Assembly: GCA_965209155.1 (NCBI GenBank)
Contig: OZ242383.1
Coordinates: forward strand, 2,848,001-2,912,000
Length of the DNA: 64,000 bases
Source of the DNA: a bacterium
GTDB taxonomy: Bacteria; SAR324; NAC60-12
Direction: 5' to 3'
The position numbers were made by a program, and so were the translations under genes. The notes under the pieces were generated by a model. The model was given only the letters and a program-made list of their open reading frames with translations, searched no databases and was not told the DNA's origin. This document shows, in pieces, positions 10,692-20,281 of this stretch (within the stretch, counting starts at the first letter, position 1; each line of letters begins with the position of its first letter).

Positions 10692-10896
10692 ACCTTTCCT
10701 CCCTCCAGACGACGAGAACAGCCCGGATGAGCCACGGTTTCGACAACCCTTCTACCGTAGACCCATCGAAGAGCAGCTGCCGGACTCGCAACAAGACGAC
10801 CCGCGATGCCCAGATGGCCATGAGTGAAGACTGTCGCCTGCGTTTGTTTTCCGCGCGGGTTCATAAGGCGCACTCGTCGATAATGGTGATTGGTAT

Positions 10897-10915
10897 AATG
10901 TTATAACATAACATT
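10897..10915. promoter_or_regulatory. Zur box
   Basis: Palindrome AATGTTAT-AAC-ATAACATT upstream of the CobW-WD40-Zur operon, resembling the proteobacterial Zur consensus. Confidence 0.8.
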
Positions 10916-10925
10916 AACAATACAA

Positions 10926-11168
10926 GTCTCTGAAAAACCCGTTCACTTACAAAGTTTTTAAGCAAGATTCCCAGGGAAGATCAATCGTTTTCTCGTCTTT
11001 CCAAGATATGGTTCAATCGATCAAGTGGGAACCCTCTTTTTCACTAAAACAAGAGTGAAGGGATGATTTTAGCATAACTATTTATACAACGTCAACCCCC
11101 AAATGAAAAAATATGCAGGATTCGTAAAAAAAATTGAAAATTGATCAATCAGGGAGATCCGCTTCTTT
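10926..11168 (-). repeat. Repeated promoter/leader module, copy 1
   Basis: Homologous to 20282-20528 and 26331-26590; TTGACG-18nt-TAAAAT on the minus strand. Confidence 0.85.
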
Positions 11169-11340
11169 ATGATCATGAGCCAATAAGCGAATGTTCACTC
11201 CACCATCCAGTGTTTTTTCCAATGGCGATAATGATCGTAAACGTTGCTTTAAAACTCCATGCGGGGGTTATTGGGGAGAGCCATGAATTCCCCAGACCCT
11301 CCGCGTGGAGATCGATGTGCTTCTTGTTGACAAAGAATGA

Positions 11341-11781
11341 TCAGATATCAGACTGGGAAGATTTGGAATCCGTGTCAAAAAATCGTGAAAAAAACCGGTA
11401 TTCAAAGAACTCTGACATGGAATTTCGATGCCCGTCCTTGGAATAACCCCAGTGATGACCGCGTTTTCCACCTCGATGGTGTCTTCCTTTTCCTTTCCAA
11501 CGATCATTGCGCATTTCTTTCAACTGCTCCAATTGCTCTTCACTGAGCACCGCTTCGAATTGTTCTCGGGTCTCTTGACGCAGCGCGCGTAATTCTTTTT
11601 GCAATGCATCTTCTTTCATTTCAGATTCTTCAAATATCTTGCGCAAACTGTCCATCTGCTCATCATTGAGTTCCAGTCGCTCTTGCAACCGGTCCAGATA
11701 GCCTTCGATGGAATGCGCAGCCACCACGGCTCCTACCAACAAACTGACACCAACCAAACTTCCAACAATCACTTTTTTCAT
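11341..11781 (-). CDS. Spy/CpxP-like periplasmic helical protein
   Basis: Signal peptide; LELNDEQ and VLSEEQ (LTxxQ-like) motifs. Confidence 0.65.
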   Translation of the reverse strand: MKKVIVGSLVGVSLLVGAVVAAHSIEGYLDRLQERLELNDEQMDSLRKIFEESEMKEDALQKELRALRQETREQFEAVLSEEQLEQLKEMRNDRWKGKGRHHRGGKRGHHWGYSKDGHRNSMSEFFEYRFFSRFFDTDSKSSQSDI

Positions 11782-11882
11782 AGTTACCTCATTTCAATCA
11801 GGATTGATAAACCGGACGTCGACCTTCGACATCCACTGAGGCCAGTATAAACAATTCAATGTTTTTTGAGGGTCAACGGAGT

Positions 11883-11898
11883 GTAAAGATTTTGTAAA
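11883..11898. promoter_or_regulatory. Candidate CpxR-type binding site
   Basis: GTAAA-N6-GTAAA about 100 bp upstream of the CpxP-like gene (E. coli consensus is N5). Confidence 0.45.
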
Positions 11899-11910
11899 TT
11901 TTCTCGACCC

Positions 11911-12303
11911 GCGCCGGATCGGGCGCAGGGCAGGTTCGCCATTGAGGTCACGGTGACGAACCATTCGCTGCCGGGGCAACAGTACGAGCAGGCTGGCATT
12001 ACCTGGTATAATGATGGCAAACCGGTCTTTAAGGAAGTCAAGGAACTGGTCGACGGCAATCTCTACATCATCCCCGGAAAGCAGCCGATGCCGACGAAAA
12101 GCGTCCGACTTCGGTTGGTGGTTACCGCTCATTCATGGGAGGCCCAGTATCGCCCGGAAGGCGCCGCTGAATTCCAAACGGCAGCGACAGGCGAACTCCC
12201 TCCGCCGAACAACGACCAAGTGAGTATTCAGTGCTATCATGGCCCGCCGGATGAGGAACATTGGATTCGCTTCGAGCATTTCAGCATCAAGCAATTATCG
12301 TAG
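11911..12303 (+). pseudogene. 5'-truncated duplicate of the gene at 22807-23373
   Basis: Near-identical to 22981-23373; lacks the first 58 codons. Confidence 0.85.
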
Positions 12304-13119
12304 CTTGCCAGCAACAATCCGCTTGAGTGCGGATTCTAAGCGAGGCGCCTGCTCCGTCAGTGCTGGCAGGAGGGAATCGTCGGTGACCTCGAGGCGTAAC
12401 GGGGTAATGGATATGAGCCCCCGATTGAGAGCCCAGACATCCGTTCCCTCTACGATGTCGGGATGGTCCGCTGCGATTGCGGAGAGCATGTTATAGTAGA
12501 GTCCATCGCTGCCCTGTTCCGTTCTCAATCTCCAGTATTTAACAGGAGAGAGTTTGGTGACGGCAATACCCCGGATTTCTCCGCGAGGGACACTGGGGAC
12601 GTTCACATTGAGGGTGAGGCCCGGTGGCATTTCACCGTCTGCCATGTTGCGCGCCAACAATTCGGAAACCGTAGCGGCAAGGTGGAAAAGTGGCTCTCTC
12701 TGGTCTTGCGGCCCATCCAGGCTCAGCGAGACGGCAATTGATGGGATCCTGGGATTGCGGGTATGAGCCACCCGGGTCGCCATGGTGGTCCCCGATCCAA
12801 GGACATTAGCGCTACCGACATTGGCACCCGTGTTGATGCCAGAGACGACGAGGTCAATCTTGCCTTCAGCCAAGGGCCCTAAGCCCAGGATCACACAATC
12901 ACACGGTGTGCCACTGACGGCATAGGCACGCGCACCCTCGATGGCAGACGTTCGTTCAGCAGCAGCAATCCCGTTATGATAGGATATGGCGGTTCCCACG
13001 CCACTCTGTTCTTGGTCAGGGGCAACAATGAGCACCTCCCCGATCCGGCTCATCGCGTCGGCGAGAGCCTGGATACCGGGCGAATCGATGCCGTCGTCGT
13101 TTGTGACCAGAATCTTCAT
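12295..13119 (-). CDS. surE: 5'/3'-nucleotidase SurE
   Basis: ILVTNDDG, SGTPCDCV and VSGINTGAN motifs. Confidence 0.9.
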   Translation of the reverse strand: MKILVTNDDGIDSPGIQALADAMSRIGEVLIVAPDQEQSGVGTAISYHNGIAAAERTSAIEGARAYAVSGTPCDCVILGLGPLAEGKIDLVVSGINTGANVGSANVLGSGTTMATRVAHTRNPRIPSIAVSLSLDGPQDQREPLFHLAATVSELLARNMADGEMPPGLTLNVNVPSVPRGEIRGIAVTKLSPVKYWRLRTEQGSDGLYYNMLSAIAADHPDIVEGTDVWALNRGLISITPLRLEVTDDSLLPALTEQAPRLESALKRIVAGKLR

Positions 13120-13243
13120 AATCCGCAAGATGCACCCTCGGTCTCTTGTATAAAGAGTTGTAACTTTGAATATATCTTAATATATCATAGCCCATTACAG
13201 AATCTCAATTCATGAAAACAATTTGTTCTCAAGAAGGAATATT

Positions 13244-14731
13244 ATGGTTCGGATTGCGCACGCAGGATTTCACCATGAAACCAACACTTTTGCCCCCATG
13301 AAGACCACCTGGGACAATTTCAGCCGTTCTGCCATGGGGCTGGTTCAAGGGGAAGCGCTGCTTGAAAAACTGGCTGGAATGAACATTGGCACTGGGGGGT
13401 TCATTGAAGAAGCGCAAAAGTTGGGCCATGAGTTAGCTCCTATTACCTGGGCCAGTGCAGAACCCGCAGCCCATGTGACTGTAGATGCTTTTGAGCGAAT
13501 GTCCACTCTCATTAGAGAAGGATTGGAAACCCAAACCCCTTACGAGGCGGTTTATCTTTGTTTGCATGGAGCCATGGTTACGGAACATCTTGAGGATGCG
13601 GAAGGTGAATTGATGCGACGAGTCCGAGAAGTAATTGGCACGGAAATGCCCTTGGTTGCCAGCTTGGACCTGCATTCTAATACCACAGAAGCCATGCTCG
13701 CCCTCACCGACGGATTGGTGGCTTACCGAACCTACCCTCACGTGGATATGGCAGTGACAGGTCGACGTGCGGCACACTTCCTTCACAACATCCTTATGGG
13801 TTCTAAACCTGCCAAAGCACGACGAGCATTGCCGTTCTTGATTCCTTTAACCGGGCAATGCACCATGATGCCTCCAACCCAAGGCGTGTATGAAATACTG
13901 GAAGAGTTGGAGCAAACCCCAGGGGTTCAACTCATCTCTTTCACTCCCGGTTTCCCTGCAGCTGATATTCGGGATTGCGGACCCGTGGTAGTTGCGTATG
14001 GGGATGATCAAGCCAGTGCGGATGGTGCTGTGGATGCGCTTTACAATTATATTGTGGCTCGTGAAAAGGAATTCCAGGTGCCTTTTCAATCTCCAGAGGA
14101 TGCGGTGCGGAAAGCCATGGGCTCCAATGCCCATAAACCTACGGTCCTTGCAGATGCGCAAGACAACAGTGGGGCTGGTGCCACCTCAGACACAACCGGA
14201 TTATTGAGAGCCATGGTTCGATTACAAGCAGACGATTGTGTTTTGGGAATCATGGTCGATCCCGAAGTGGCCCAAGCAGCCCATGAGGCAGGAGAAGGGG
14301 CCGAGATTGAGGTAGCCCTCGGGGGTAAGGTTTTCACGGAAGGCGATCCTCCCTTGGAGGGTCGATTTAAAATAGAAAAGTTAGGAGATGGAAAAATCAC
14401 ATGTACGGGTCCTATGTTTGGGGGATGGAAAGTGCAATTGGGGCCGATGGCGCTCTTGCGGATAGGGGGAGTGCGTGTGGTGGTTTCCACTCATCGAATG
14501 CAAGCTGGCGATCAGGCATTGTTTCGCCATCTCGGTATTGAACCCGCTGAAGAGAAAATTCTAGGACTGAAGAGCACGGTTCACTTTCGGGCAGATTTTG
14601 CTCCGATTGCCGAAGAAATTTTGGTAGTGAAAGCGCCTGGCGCTTTTGTTGATCAGCCAGAAACTCTCCCCTATAAAAACCTACGTGCTGGGGTGCGCGT
14701 GTGCCCTGGGGGGCCAGAACACGCTCCATAA
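13244..14731 (+). CDS. M81 metallopeptidase (MlrC-like)
   Basis: HETNTF, LHGAM, DLHSN, YRTYPHVD and KSTVHFRADF motifs. Confidence 0.92.
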   Translation: MVRIAHAGFHHETNTFAPMKTTWDNFSRSAMGLVQGEALLEKLAGMNIGTGGFIEEAQKLGHELAPITWASAEPAAHVTVDAFERMSTLIREGLETQTPYEAVYLCLHGAMVTEHLEDAEGELMRRVREVIGTEMPLVASLDLHSNTTEAMLALTDGLVAYRTYPHVDMAVTGRRAAHFLHNILMGSKPAKARRALPFLIPLTGQCTMMPPTQGVYEILEELEQTPGVQLISFTPGFPAADIRDCGPVVVAYGDDQASADGAVDALYNYIVAREKEFQVPFQSPEDAVRKAMGSNAHKPTVLADAQDNSGAGATSDTTGLLRAMVRLQADDCVLGIMVDPEVAQAAHEAGEGAEIEVALGGKVFTEGDPPLEGRFKIEKLGDGKITCTGPMFGGWKVQLGPMALLRIGGVRVVVSTHRMQAGDQALFRHLGIEPAEEKILGLKSTVHFRADFAPIAEEILVVKAPGAFVDQPETLPYKNLRAGVRVCPGGPEHAP

Positions 14732-14873
14732 ACTGCCATCGTTTTTTTTTAAGCATTGAATCCGACATTATTCTTCATCTATCCAAATAAATGAGGACGC
14801 TAAGACCTCTTCTTTTATGATTAGTATATGCGAATCAGGAGTTGAAATTTAATTTATAAAATCAGTAATTAAT

Positions 14874-15432
14874 CTCATTAAACCACCAGCTCTGCTGGTG
14901 CGAACCTAATAGGCTTTGCCGGTCAGACATGAGAAAGGTATCCGTGTCCGTTAGCCGTGCTCGTGTTCGTGAACGGTCAGTGAATTCGACGGCACATTTT
15001 GGTTAACATAGAAACAATGCGATGAAGTAACTGTTTCCCTTCGTCAAATAAAGGAGGCTGGATGATCTTCAACACGTTTAAAACATCGAGAATAGCAGCG
15101 CATTCCATTGCGGAACCTCGGGCAAATGCATAGAATCGTTGCTTGTCAGGAAAGGAATTTTTTCCACAGCCTTCTGCGATATTGAGAGGAATCGACCATG
15201 AGGCCCTTTTCAGTTGGTCAACTAAGGCTGGGTATCCTTTTGGCAATGTTTCGATGACTTGGACAGATAACGCTAAAAATTCGATGGAACATGGGTATAC
15301 ATCGAGTTTTTCATGATCTAACATGGCAGCCTTTTTCGTTCACGAGCACGAGCACGTCTTACGATGACGAACACGTTTTGCCCTCATCCTGGGGGCCTCT
15401 TCAAGCCACCGGCTCTGCCGGTGGTGATGACT
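14874..15432 (+). mobile_element. Non-autonomous IS200/IS605-like element carrying a four-helix-bundle gene, copy 1
   Basis: Subterminal hairpins CACCAGC-TCT-GCTGGTG and CCACCGGC-TCT-GCCGGTGG; preceded by TTAAT; no TSD; about 9 substitutions versus 40878-41436. Confidence 0.75.
14977..15324 (-). CDS. Four-helix bundle protein (23S rRNA IVS-protein-like family)
   Basis: EKLDVY, DQLKRASWSIPLNIAEG and ARGSAMEC motifs. Confidence 0.9.
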   Translation of the reverse strand: MLDHEKLDVYPCSIEFLALSVQVIETLPKGYPALVDQLKRASWSIPLNIAEGCGKNSFPDKQRFYAFARGSAMECAAILDVLNVLKIIQPPLFDEGKQLLHRIVSMLTKMCRRIH

Positions 15433-15490
15433 TAATAATTAACCTGAGTTCGACATAAATCTTCAATAATATGAGTATCCTGGTGTATGT

Positions 15491-15715
15491 GTCATACCGG
15501 TCCCGGATCATTCCGGACTCGATCCGGGACCGGGATGATCCGATTTCCAGGGTTCGTGCTGGATTCCTGATTGTGCATTCCTCTGAATTCCTGCTCAAGC
15601 CAGGAATGACACTCTCTGTGCCAGGAATGACGCGCTCATGGATTCCTGGTCAAGCCAGGAATGACACACTCCTGGATTCCTGGTCTCGGATCAAGTCCGG
15701 GATGCCAAGAATGAC
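15491..15715. repeat. Cluster of REP-like palindromes
   Basis: Several GATTCCTGG-TCAAG-CCAGGAATGAC units, some nested or partial. Confidence 0.85.
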
Positions 15716-15741
15716 ACGTTTTTAACTCCTGATTCACATGT

Positions 15742-17115
15742 TTAGTATGGGAATTCAAATTTTTTCAAAATTTCCCCACAGGAGTTGATTTGATAATCAC
15801 CCTCCTCATTCTTTTCAAATTTGAAGATTTCTCCTGGATATCTATCTGGGTGGGTTGTCGGCATCTTAAATTCGAGATCTCTTTCATGCTGACAGATTTG
15901 TAAGGTCTCAGCAGGATTCTCAGAACCGGGTTCGCTGATCACAATGGAATCCCGAATTTTATGAGACAATGAAACTCCCCAGAGAGAGGAATAAAATCCC
16001 TGGATTGCTGAAAAATCTATCGATTTCATCAATTCCCGAGTTGCTTTGGATTCTGATCCGTAATCCTCAAAATGGGTGAGGGCATGATGGATTAAATCAG
16101 AGATCCCGGTAAAAAGCATTTGCGCAGGGCCATTGATGGCGTTCAACAAAACGACAAGGATCAATTTGTGCTCTTGATTCAATCCCGAGAAAGTCGCAAA
16201 CCCCGGATAACTCCCTCCATGAAAGACATAGGAGAGTTGTCCCAATTTCCTGATCGTAAACCCAAGTCCCCTTTGAAAATCTCTATCTTGAAATTGCGCT
16301 CGCTGCATTTCACGTTTGTACAGATCAGGAAATAAGCGATCATTGCCAAACATGTGGGCTTGATAAAATTTGATCAAATCTTCCACATTGCTACTCAGTC
16401 CTGTGGCGCTATTCATACTATTGGCCGAGGTATGCTTCAACACTGGTCTGGGTTCATTGGGGAACTTCAAGCCATACCCGGTGGCATGCTGTGAGAGATT
16501 TTCTTCTGAAAGGTCGGGATAAGTGTGTTCCATCTCGAGGGAATGGGCCAATGCTGAAATATAGTCTTCGTACGATTGACCACTGACTTTGCTCACAATC
16601 ATGCCAAGAATGGTGAAGCCGATGTTGGAATATTTGTAATGTTCATTGATGCCAAAAACCGTGATCCCCTTTTGAATGATGGCTTTCATTTCATCAAAGC
16701 CGGGGAATTGCTGGGTGATCCAATGACCATAATCACTGTCCCGCGTGATCCCGCTGGAATGCGTTAATAAATGTCTGATGCGGATATGCTCCATTTTTTC
16801 ATCATGGGGGGAATGGAACCATTCCAAGTGTTGAGAGACCCGATCATCCAGAGACAATTTATCCTCCGAATACAACTTCATGATGGCGGTGGCCGTGAAT
16901 AATTTGGAGTGAGAAGCAATTCGATATAAAGTCGAGGGGGTGGCTTTGGTTTGGGTTTCCAAATTGGCATAACCATAGGCTTTTTGAAAAAGGGTCTCCT
17001 CTTCCATAAAAATTCCAACAGCCACACTGGGAATTTCTTTGATATACGTTTGGTAATGAATCCAATTGTCAATCAATCCGATGATGTATTTAACTTTCTC
17101 TTTGTTGGTTTTCAT
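15742..17115 (-). CDS. Serine hydrolase (beta-lactamase/AmpC-like family)
   Basis: SHSK (SxxK), LLTHSSG, YSN and HGG motifs. Confidence 0.9.
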   Translation of the reverse strand: MKTNKEKVKYIIGLIDNWIHYQTYIKEIPSVAVGIFMEEETLFQKAYGYANLETQTKATPSTLYRIASHSKLFTATAIMKLYSEDKLSLDDRVSQHLEWFHSPHDEKMEHIRIRHLLTHSSGITRDSDYGHWITQQFPGFDEMKAIIQKGITVFGINEHYKYSNIGFTILGMIVSKVSGQSYEDYISALAHSLEMEHTYPDLSEENLSQHATGYGLKFPNEPRPVLKHTSANSMNSATGLSSNVEDLIKFYQAHMFGNDRLFPDLYKREMQRAQFQDRDFQRGLGFTIRKLGQLSYVFHGGSYPGFATFSGLNQEHKLILVVLLNAINGPAQMLFTGISDLIHHALTHFEDYGSESKATRELMKSIDFSAIQGFYSSLWGVSLSHKIRDSIVISEPGSENPAETLQICQHERDLEFKMPTTHPDRYPGEIFKFEKNEEGDYQINSCGEILKKFEFPY

Positions 17116-17289
17116 TGGTAAATGGCCTGTTTAAAGTGTGATCAATAAAGCATGGGATGAGGCGAGAGGTGTTCTGCCTTGCCAAAGAGTCGCCTGGCCT
17201 CCCACCGATTATTCATCCCCATAGAAAATCAAAAATGACGTAAGAAGATACCATTTGAAAAAGGGTCTGTAAAGAGAAAGTGACGAGAG

Positions 17290-17370
17290 CTCCGGCAGGT
17301 CTCTCATAGCGTTACCGAACATGTTGAGACTGCAGATGACAATCGTCAGGCAAATCCCCGGCCAGAGCAC
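17290..17370 (-). pseudogene. 3' remnant of a DppC/OppC-type permease
   Basis: Translates to VLWPGICLTIVICSLNMFGNAMRDL, matching the DppC C-terminal motif; lies directly after the dppB-like gene. Confidence 0.7.
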
Positions 17371-17376
17371 CTGTGA

Positions 17377-18339
17377 CTATTCATACCGTACCCTCGGGTC
17401 CAAATAGGGATAAACCAGGTCGATGAGGAGATTGAGCAGCACCACACCGGTGGCGAAAAAGAGGTTGACTCCGGAGACCATCGGGTAGTCTCGGTCATTG
17501 AGGGCACTCAGCAAGAGACGTCCGAGCCCCGGCAGGTTGAAGATGTTCTCCATGATCACGGCGCCGCCCACCACGATCGGCAACTGCAGGCCAATCAGGG
17601 TCACCACTGGGATGAGGGCATTTTTGAGGGTGTGCCGGATAATCACGACACGCTCCCTGAGCCCCTTGGACCAGGCGGTGCGGATATAGTCCTGTCTTAA
17701 GACCTCCAGCATCATAGTACGCATCATCCGCATGGTGGCAGCCGAGGAGGCCGTCCCCAGAATCAGGCTGGGGAAGAAGAGCCCCCAGAGATTCCCCAGC
17801 GGGTCCTCGGTGAAAGGAACCCATTCCAGCGGGGGTGTCCAACCCCACCAGATAGTCGGGTAGATCATCACCATTACACCCAGCCAGAAGTTCGGCGTGG
17901 CCAAGCCGATGACGGCGATGCTGCGCCCCAGGTAGTCGGCGGCCGTATCCTTGCGAATCGCCGAGTAGATGCCAACTGGCAGGGCGATCAAGAGCCCGAA
18001 TACGATTGCCAGGACGCCGAGTTCGATGGTGACCGGCAGTCTATCTATGATCTTCTCCTCTACCGTCAAAGCACCGCCAAACAGTGATTCGCCAAGGGTG
18101 CCGTGCAGGAAAATACCCCCCACCCAGCGTCCATACTGCATGTAGACAGGCACATCTAATCCCAGCCGTCGCTCAACGGCTTCACGGTCAATCAGGCCTG
18201 CTCCATATAATTCCATCCTGCCTTGTATTACGTCTACTACATCGCCGGGGATGAAGCGCACCGAGAGGAAGACCAGGATGGTCAAGATCAACACGGTGGG
18301 GATTACCAGCAATAACCGCCTGATGAGATAGGCTCTCAT
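17377..18339 (-). CDS. ABC peptide/nickel transporter permease (DppB/OppB-type)
   Basis: PGD, DYIRTAWSKGL, NALIPVVT and RDYP..DPR motifs. Confidence 0.92.
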   Translation of the reverse strand: MRAYLIRRLLLVIPTVLILTILVFLSVRFIPGDVVDVIQGRMELYGAGLIDREAVERRLGLDVPVYMQYGRWVGGIFLHGTLGESLFGGALTVEEKIIDRLPVTIELGVLAIVFGLLIALPVGIYSAIRKDTAADYLGRSIAVIGLATPNFWLGVMVMIYPTIWWGWTPPLEWVPFTEDPLGNLWGLFFPSLILGTASSAATMRMMRTMMLEVLRQDYIRTAWSKGLRERVVIIRHTLKNALIPVVTLIGLQLPIVVGGAVIMENIFNLPGLGRLLLSALNDRDYPMVSGVNLFFATGVVLLNLLIDLVYPYLDPRVRYE

Positions 18340-18348
18340 CTGAAATCC

Positions 18349-20124
18349 CTAATGCCCCATTTCTTTCTTCAGATCACTATCAATCCAGAGGCGGGTGAAG
18401 ACGGTGTTATATTGATTGGCTCCCAAATTCAATTCAGCGTTATAACCCTTGACCCACGGCTGAATCGCAATATAACCTGGGGAAATTGGACCCCATAAAC
18501 ACCATTTCTGCTCTATCTCATACTGATTCATCTCTCCAACTAACCTGTTCTGCTCCTCCACGGTCGTAGCCGCTTTGGCAGCTTCATACAAGGCGTCATA
18601 ATGCGGGTCGCTGGCATTGCCGCGGTTCGCTCGGTTGCCCGTCGTAAAGGCACTTACTAGTACCATTGGGAACCAATTCATGGCCCTTTCACAACTAAGC
18701 ATTTCGAACTCCCTCTCAGCTCTTCTAGCCATAAAGGAAGATATTTGTTCTATCTCAATGTCTTCTACCTCAATGCCAAGCTTACGCCAGTATGAAGCGA
18801 CCAATTCTACATAGTTCAGATCGTACCGATCCCAGTGCATCATATTAGTCTTAAATCGAATGCCATCTGCGCCGCGAGGATACCCGGCCGCATCCAGCAA
18901 CGCTTCGGCCGCTTCCGGGTCGTAGGTATAGCTTTCCTTGAGCTCTTCGGGCCACTCCTCAAATGGGGTGACAATCGCTGTAAAAGATACGTTTGACTGC
19001 CCCTGAGGTGTCACATCTGCATCACCTCCCCAGTAGGCTTGGTTAATTTCATCGAGGTTTATTGCCTTCTGCATGGCGATGCGCACCCTGATGTCAGAAA
19101 AATGCGGCAACTGAACGTTCAAGCCAATACCAAGATTCGACCGACCGTAAAATGGCTGTATCACGAGTTCGGGATTAGTCCGCTGGAGGCTCTCTAGCTG
19201 GTCGGGAGACGTCATCATAGTTAAGCCGATCGCACCGATGAAATCAACCTTAGCCGAGCGTATTGCCGCCATATAGGTTGCCACTTCCGGCATAATCAGG
19301 GATCTTATCCGGTCAAGATAGGGCAAGCGGTTCTCCGGGTATTTTTCGTCGTTGCCCCAGTAGTCAGAATTCTTGGTCCACGTTACAGAGCTTCCATCGA
19401 CCCAGTCAGTTAGCATCATGGGTCCGGTGCCGACCAGGTTCCTCCAGTCCGTCACGTCGCCGTATTCCATGATGACCTCGGGGGGATATATAAAGTAGGG
19501 AGAACCGTCGAGGATAGCATGCAGCGCACCGACGTTTAGCTCCTTCATCTTAAAAACAACCGTCGATTTGTCGGTGGCCGTTACCGATTCAAATTCGGGC
19601 CAGGCAAGAGCATGTTCGCTACGCTCAGTGAAACCGCTGCCCAAACCCAACAACCGGTGAAAGTTGAACTCGATATCCCGGGCTGTCAGCTCCCGACCGT
19701 TCATCGGCGGCTTATCATGCCAGTGAACGCCCTGGCGGACTTTGACGATATACGTCAGTGGATCGGACTGCGACCAGCTTTCCGCCAGAGCCCCTCTCGT
19801 GTTAGTTGGTACTAAGAGAAACTGGAAGGCAAATATGTCCCTGGGCGTTGCCCAGTCTGCCAGGGCCAGCTTCTCTAAAACGCCAGCGACGTAGAATTGC
19901 GCGTGAATGCCCTGTACCACGGTGTCAGGACCCACCGGCTGTTCTTTTGAGACCCAGGTGAATGTCCCGCCGTATTCCGGAGCGGTCACCATCTCACCAG
20001 TGGAGGGGTCTTTGACCATCTTTTTATCAGCAGCAACGGCCGGACTGCCCAAGAAAACTGCCACCCCCATGATGAAGGCCAACAGAATTGCGCTGAATTT
20101 TGAAATACTCCATTGATTATCCAT
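18349..20124 (-). CDS. ABC transporter substrate-binding protein, family 5
   Basis: Signal peptide; LAESW, RQGVHWH, GTGP and YDPEAAEALLDAAG motifs. Confidence 0.9.
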   Translation of the reverse strand: MDNQWSISKFSAILLAFIMGVAVFLGSPAVAADKKMVKDPSTGEMVTAPEYGGTFTWVSKEQPVGPDTVVQGIHAQFYVAGVLEKLALADWATPRDIFAFQFLLVPTNTRGALAESWSQSDPLTYIVKVRQGVHWHDKPPMNGRELTARDIEFNFHRLLGLGSGFTERSEHALAWPEFESVTATDKSTVVFKMKELNVGALHAILDGSPYFIYPPEVIMEYGDVTDWRNLVGTGPMMLTDWVDGSSVTWTKNSDYWGNDEKYPENRLPYLDRIRSLIMPEVATYMAAIRSAKVDFIGAIGLTMMTSPDQLESLQRTNPELVIQPFYGRSNLGIGLNVQLPHFSDIRVRIAMQKAINLDEINQAYWGGDADVTPQGQSNVSFTAIVTPFEEWPEELKESYTYDPEAAEALLDAAGYPRGADGIRFKTNMMHWDRYDLNYVELVASYWRKLGIEVEDIEIEQISSFMARRAEREFEMLSCERAMNWFPMVLVSAFTTGNRANRGNASDPHYDALYEAAKAATTVEEQNRLVGEMNQYEIEQKWCLWGPISPGYIAIQPWVKGYNAELNLGANQYNTVFTRLWIDSDLKKEMGH

Positions 20125-20281
20125 CTTTTTCCTTTCTGCATTTTGATTAAAAACAAGATTCAGGATTGATCTAAATCCTGCTTTCGTTCCCGAAAGCGCA
20201 TTCTCGACGATGCTTCTACTTTTTTGACGATTCATGGTACTCCTTACTGCTTTTTGATTAATAACAAGAGTAACTATCCAG

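Larger units (their letters stand above)
14828..15739. mobile_element. REP-containing MITE, copy A, with nested IS200/IS605-like element
   Basis: TIRs ATGCGAATCAGGAGTT and AACTCCTGATTCACAT; flanks GATTAGTAT and GTTTAGTAT (8/9 match). Confidence 0.7.

Noticed and set aside
10685..10873. Small leader ORF of the CobW operon
   Set aside because: It overlaps the next start codon suggestively, but has no motif or clear RBS, so it is not called.
13244..14731. Microcystin degradation cluster
   Set aside because: M81 peptidases are widespread and no mlrA or mlrD is present; the nearby serine hydrolase is not sufficient evidence.
14977..15324. Diversity-generating retroelement (Avd-like fold)
   Set aside because: No reverse transcriptase in the window, and the differences between repeat copies are not adenine-specific as a TR/VR pair would require.
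14940..15380. 23S rRNA with intervening sequence
   Set aside because: The flanks show no rRNA sequence.
15491..15715. CRISPR array
   Set aside because: The units are irregular nested palindromes without uniform unique spacers, they are dispersed at other loci, and there are no cas genes.
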